Shown here in pieces: positions 35,674 to 38,846 of a DNA stretch of 38,846 bases. Under the pieces are notes generated by a model. The model saw only the letters and a program-made list of their open reading frames with translations. It searched no databases and was not told the DNA's origin. The stretch comes from an uncultured Gammaproteobacteria bacterium (lineage in GTDB: Bacteria; Patescibacteriota; Microgenomatia; Levybacterales; UBA12049): the NCBI GenBank assembly GCA_964457405.1, contig CAYWEP010000003.1, forward strand, positions 3,036 to 41,881. The letters run 5' to 3'. The position numbers and the translations under genes were made by a program. Each line of letters starts with the position of its first letter. Positions within the stretch are counted from its first letter, which is position 1.

Positions 35674-36723
35674 CTACTTTTTATATACACGAAGAGTTAG
35701 TAACGCTGTATCTTTCCAAGAAAACTGTTTTGCTCGAAGCAATCCTTTATGAGAAAGCTCTTTTTGCATCGTAACATTATGAAAAACACTTTCAATCCCT
35801 TTAGCAATATCCTCTATTCTATATGCGTTGCTATAAAAAACAGCCTCGCCTGCTACTTCAGGTAAAGAACCTTCTCTTGATGTAACAACTGGACACCCAC
35901 AACTCATTGCCTCCAGAATTGGCAAACCAAAACCTTCATATAAAGAAGGCATAGCAAAAACCGTAGCAGCATTGTAGAGTAAAACAAGATCCTCCCTTGG
36001 AACAAAACCCAAACGCACAATCTGCCTATCTTCTTTCACCAGTTGTTGCACCTCTACCAAATCCCTGTTCCAGGGATTATTATGATCAATATTTGCATCA
36101 ACGAGTGCCTTGCCAGTCATAACAAGCGATATATCAGTTTTTTTTATTGCTTTTATGAGTCGCGGTAAATTTTTATTCCACGTAGCATCTCCGACATATA
36201 GTGCAAATGTGTCAGGAAGACCATATTTGTCATGCATTGTTTTTTTCGCTTTTTGCTTATCTACCTCCTTAAATTCCTCCCCCGCTGCGAGATATACTCT
36301 GTGAACTTTCGTGTCTGGTATATCGGTATACTTGACTATATCTTTTTTTGAAGACTCAGAATCTGTTATGATTGCGTCCATTTTTCTTAGAGACCTTTTC
36401 TGGATCTGCCATCTTATGCTCCCTTTTACTCCTGGCGGAAAATGTTTGGGGAAAACCAGTGGTGTAAGATCATGAACGGTAACGACTTGCTTTCTCGTCT
36501 TTTTAAAAGGAAGCGTTGGGAAAAAAGGCTCAAAGTAAGGAATATGAGTAACATCAACGTCTTTTACAAGCCCGTCTCCCCTCTGGAATTGAATATATTC
36601 GTTCTCTGGAAAATATCGCTGCAAGCTTTTCAGCAAATTTATAATATAAAATCCTGTCCCTCTAACTCTGTGCTGCAAAAAATGACCTGATCGTAATGGT
36701 GAAATATCAATTGCTATTTTCAT
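35674..36723 (-). CDS. GT4 family glycosyltransferase (mannosyltransferase-like)
   Basis: MKIAID, VTVHDL, KNLPRLI, PSLYEGFGLPILEAM, SLPEVAG, FSW. ATG 36723 forms an ATGA overlap with the upstream stop. Confidence 0.92.
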   Translation of the reverse strand: MKIAIDISPLRSGHFLQHRVRGTGFYIINLLKSLQRYFPENEYIQFQRGDGLVKDVDVTHIPYFEPFFPTLPFKKTRKQVVTVHDLTPLVFPKHFPPGVKGSIRWQIQKRSLRKMDAIITDSESSKKDIVKYTDIPDTKVHRVYLAAGEEFKEVDKQKAKKTMHDKYGLPDTFALYVGDATWNKNLPRLIKAIKKTDISLVMTGKALVDANIDHNNPWNRDLVEVQQLVKEDRQIVRLGFVPREDLVLLYNAATVFAMPSLYEGFGLPILEAMSCGCPVVTSREGSLPEVAGEAVFYSNAYRIEDIAKGIESVFHNVTMQKELSHKGLLRAKQFSWKDTALLTLRVYKK

Positions 36724-38351
36724 TTTCCAGAGCCTATCATTTTTACTCTCGCCAATGCAAAAAGACTCAAGCACGATAAAAAAAATACTATCAAAGATAT
36801 GCGTCTCACCATTGTATCAAGAAAGGCTAGCTCAACCAAATGTTTTCCCTTAGGCAACATAAAAAAGAGTAACCCTTTTTTATTTTCCACATCTGCTTGC
36901 TGTCGATCAATAAAAAGAGACCACCCTGGAAAATACGTTGTGTTCACAGTTACAGTAGTATCTTGACTTGCTTTAAGAATAAACGTATATTTCGTCGGCA
37001 AAACATTTGAGCGAATAATATGGACATGCCTGGGATCAATAGTTAATTTTGATTTCGCTCTTTTAGTAATATTTTCGTTCCAAACAGTATTAAAAACGTT
37101 GCCTGGGCTATTCGTCCCGTCAATAAAATTACTTCTTGTCAGATAATGCGAGTCTGTGCGCTCAAAGTAATGAGCCGGCCTTGCATAATTTATCGACAAT
37201 AAGACCGCAAACAAGACGAGTCCTACCGAAAGAAGCTTATTCTTAAATAGTAGAGAGACAGACCCGGCCAAAAATGAGGTCACGATGAGCATAAGACTCA
37301 AGAATCTCCAAGGAAACTGAAAATAATCAAGAAGAGGCACTCGTTCCCAAAGCGGGTATGAAACTCGCAGCATCAAAAACAAAGTAACAAAAAACCAGGC
37401 TGCTTGAAAAATAAGGGTATTCACTATCGCATTTCTCCTCTTATAATGAACAAACAAACACACAGTACCAAGTAAGAAAGCTAAGAGATTTGCAGTGCCG
37501 ATTTGAAATGACATCTGTCCCTCAAGACTACTTCCGGAAAAACCTGAACCCCAGGATGGAATAAAGAGCTGAAATATTTCAGGAAAATTACCCTTCACGC
37601 TAAATATTTGTAACCCAGTAACAAACTGTTTCTCAAAAAGTGCAGGTAGCCAAAAAATACTTGATATCCCAAGTGAGATAAGTATACAAATGCCGAACAT
37701 AACGAACAGTCGCTTCTTCTGTTTCGATTGAAGGATAAGAAGAAATAGATACGCAATCCCATAAACAAAAAACATCACCGCAAGAATATTATGAGAGAAA
37801 ATCGTCGCTGCAAGAATCACGCATGAGAAAACAAAATACTTATATGCTGCAGTATCCGCGTATTTCTTTGCCGCCCAGAGAAACCCCGGGAAAAAAGCGA
37901 GCGCCCACACTTCGCCTACAGACCCTCTTATATAGATATCAACAAAACGATACGGAGTGAATGAATAGAAAATAGAAGCAACGACACCACCTGTGGTACC
38001 AAAGTACTCTCTGGTCCAAAGGTAGAAAAGTACACCACCCAGCATTGTCGCAAAGAAAAGATTTAACTTAAACGCGTCAATGAAACTCATGCCAAAAAAC
38101 GCGAGAAACGATGAAAAGTAATTAGGAAGTGGATAGACGTAATTAAAGAGTGGCAGGCCATAGCCAAAATATAAGTCTGGTGCCCAGCGCGGATAAAGGA
38201 CGCCACTGCGTAACACTTTATCAAACTCGTAGAACCGAATCACATGATATTCTCCATCATGTGTTGGCGGAAGACCTGGATGAAGCAGTGCGTATCCAGC
38301 AATAAAAGCAAAAATGAGACAAATAATTATCGGAAGTATACTTTTCGCCAT
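36720..38351 (-). CDS. GT-C-like membrane protein (6-pyruvoyl-tetrahydropterin-synthase-related/YfhO-like family)
   Basis: THDGEYH, LYPRWAPDL.FGYGLPLFNY, PYRFVDIYIRGSVGE, FWLPA, QFPWRFL, YFPGW; many TM helices. Confidence 0.8.
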   Translation of the reverse strand: MAKSILPIIICLIFAFIAGYALLHPGLPPTHDGEYHVIRFYEFDKVLRSGVLYPRWAPDLYFGYGLPLFNYVYPLPNYFSSFLAFFGMSFIDAFKLNLFFATMLGGVLFYLWTREYFGTTGGVVASIFYSFTPYRFVDIYIRGSVGEVWALAFFPGFLWAAKKYADTAAYKYFVFSCVILAATIFSHNILAVMFFVYGIAYLFLLILQSKQKKRLFVMFGICILISLGISSIFWLPALFEKQFVTGLQIFSVKGNFPEIFQLFIPSWGSGFSGSSLEGQMSFQIGTANLLAFLLGTVCLFVHYKRRNAIVNTLIFQAAWFFVTLFLMLRVSYPLWERVPLLDYFQFPWRFLSLMLIVTSFLAGSVSLLFKNKLLSVGLVLFAVLLSINYARPAHYFERTDSHYLTRSNFIDGTNSPGNVFNTVWNENITKRAKSKLTIDPRHVHIIRSNVLPTKYTFILKASQDTTVTVNTTYFPGWSLFIDRQQADVENKKGLLFFMLPKGKHLVELAFLDTMVRRISLIVFFLSCLSLFALARVKMIGSGK

Positions 38352-38845
38352 GGCCTGCGTAGCAATACAATCCCCAATCCAATAATAAGCGGCACAAATG
38401 TCAAGATTATTTTAAGAAGCGGAGTAAAACCAAAATAATTTCCTGTCAGCATGAAAGGAATATATCGAAGAAGAAGACTGAATGAAAATAATAGGGAAAT
38501 AAGCAAAAGGCGTTTGCTCTCAGGGATCAAAAATGCAAACGATAAAAACCATATAGCATACCAGGGATATATTTCCTCACGAAATGACGATAAAAAGAAA
38601 ATAACATACATCAATATGGAAGCGTAGAAAAAGATTTTCTGCCGATTCATTGTTTGTTTTTTGACCGTTCTCCATAAGGCATACAGAAATGCAGGCAGCA
38701 AAAAAAGTGTTGCATATTTTATGAGAACTGAAAAAATAAACAAACAGACGAAAAGCAAAATCTTCTTTTTTTTGAGAAAAAAAAATGCCAGCAAAACAAA
38801 AAACATCATAACAACATCATTATGCCCGCTTACGAAAGTATCAAT
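38327..38845 (-). CDS. C-terminal part of a GT-C membrane glycosyltransferase (GT87/MptA-MptB-like), truncated by the right edge
   Basis: The frame stays open to the edge: IDTFVSGHNDVVMMFF...SVLIKY...YPWYAIW. HND, IK and PWY motifs are typical of polyprenol-P-sugar-dependent GT-C enzymes. Confidence 0.7.
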   Translation of the reverse strand: MDTFVSGHNDVVMMFFVLLAFFFLKKKKILLFVCLFIFSVLIKYATLFLLPAFLYALWRTVKKQTMNRQKIFFYASILMYVIFFLSSFREEIYPWYAIWFLSFAFLIPESKRLLLISLLFSFSLLLRYIPFMLTGNYFGFTPLLKIILTFVPLIIGLGIVLLRRPWRKVYFR

Positions 38846-38846
38846 T

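Noticed and set aside
257-38438. Many short opposite-strand or alternate-frame ORFs (e.g. 257-628, 13537-13965, 28710-29030, 35234-35590)
   Set aside because: They lie within or largely overlap well-supported genes and show no recognisable motifs, so they are treated as shadow ORFs.
169-38785. A/T homopolymers of 8-9 nt (e.g. 169-177, 8895-8903, 31624-31632) as phase-variation tracts
   Set aside because: Expected in AT-rich, Lys/Phe-rich genes. All frames are intact and no long poly-G/C tract was seen. Read mapping would be needed to revive the idea.
1-38846. tRNA/rRNA, CRISPR arrays, IS elements, integron attC sites, intrinsic terminators
   Set aside because: Spacers are all under about 115 nt. 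By eye there were no cloverleafs, spaced repeats, transposase/integrase ORFs or GC-rich hairpins with U-tracts. Not confirmed with software.

Overview
An AT-rich, gene-dense 38.8 kb window (genetic code 11, TGA used as stop) that lies entirely inside a very large cell-surface glycan biosynthesis and modification locus, open at both ends. A DUF5667-like gene, several GT-C membrane glycosyltransferases and scarce Shine-Dalgarno sites suggest a Patescibacteria/CPR (Microgenomates-like) origin; this is an inference. The right ~24 kb (14617-38846) is one minus-strand run. It holds three GT-C proteins, a DPM1-like GT2, a Wzx flippase, GT2/GT4 enzymes, gmd/fcl/rfbE-like SDRs, a complete GDP-D-glycero-alpha-D-manno-heptose pathway (gmhA, hddA, fused hddC-gmhB) and an NDP-sugar C-methyltransferase. 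The left ~14.6 kb is a mosaic of short cassettes in alternating orientation, with promoter-like sites at the divergent junctions. These carry a STELLO/DUF288 GT, a GT10, several methyltransferases, a 4-dehydrogenase-like SDR plus DegT aminotransferase, and a module of a Thr-type sulfatase-fold protein, a cysteine-free CysD/PAPS-reductase-fold protein and an atypical HAD. The best candidates for something new are (i) a possible non-canonical glycan sulfation/transfer module, (ii) routes to C-methylated or aminated heptoses, and (iii) four SDRs with altered catalytic residues. A probable remnant of a deleted epimerase gene and a 24-bp in-frame duplication were also seen. No RNA genes, CRISPR arrays or mobile elements were recognised. 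All calls are by-eye motif recognition; no searches were run.
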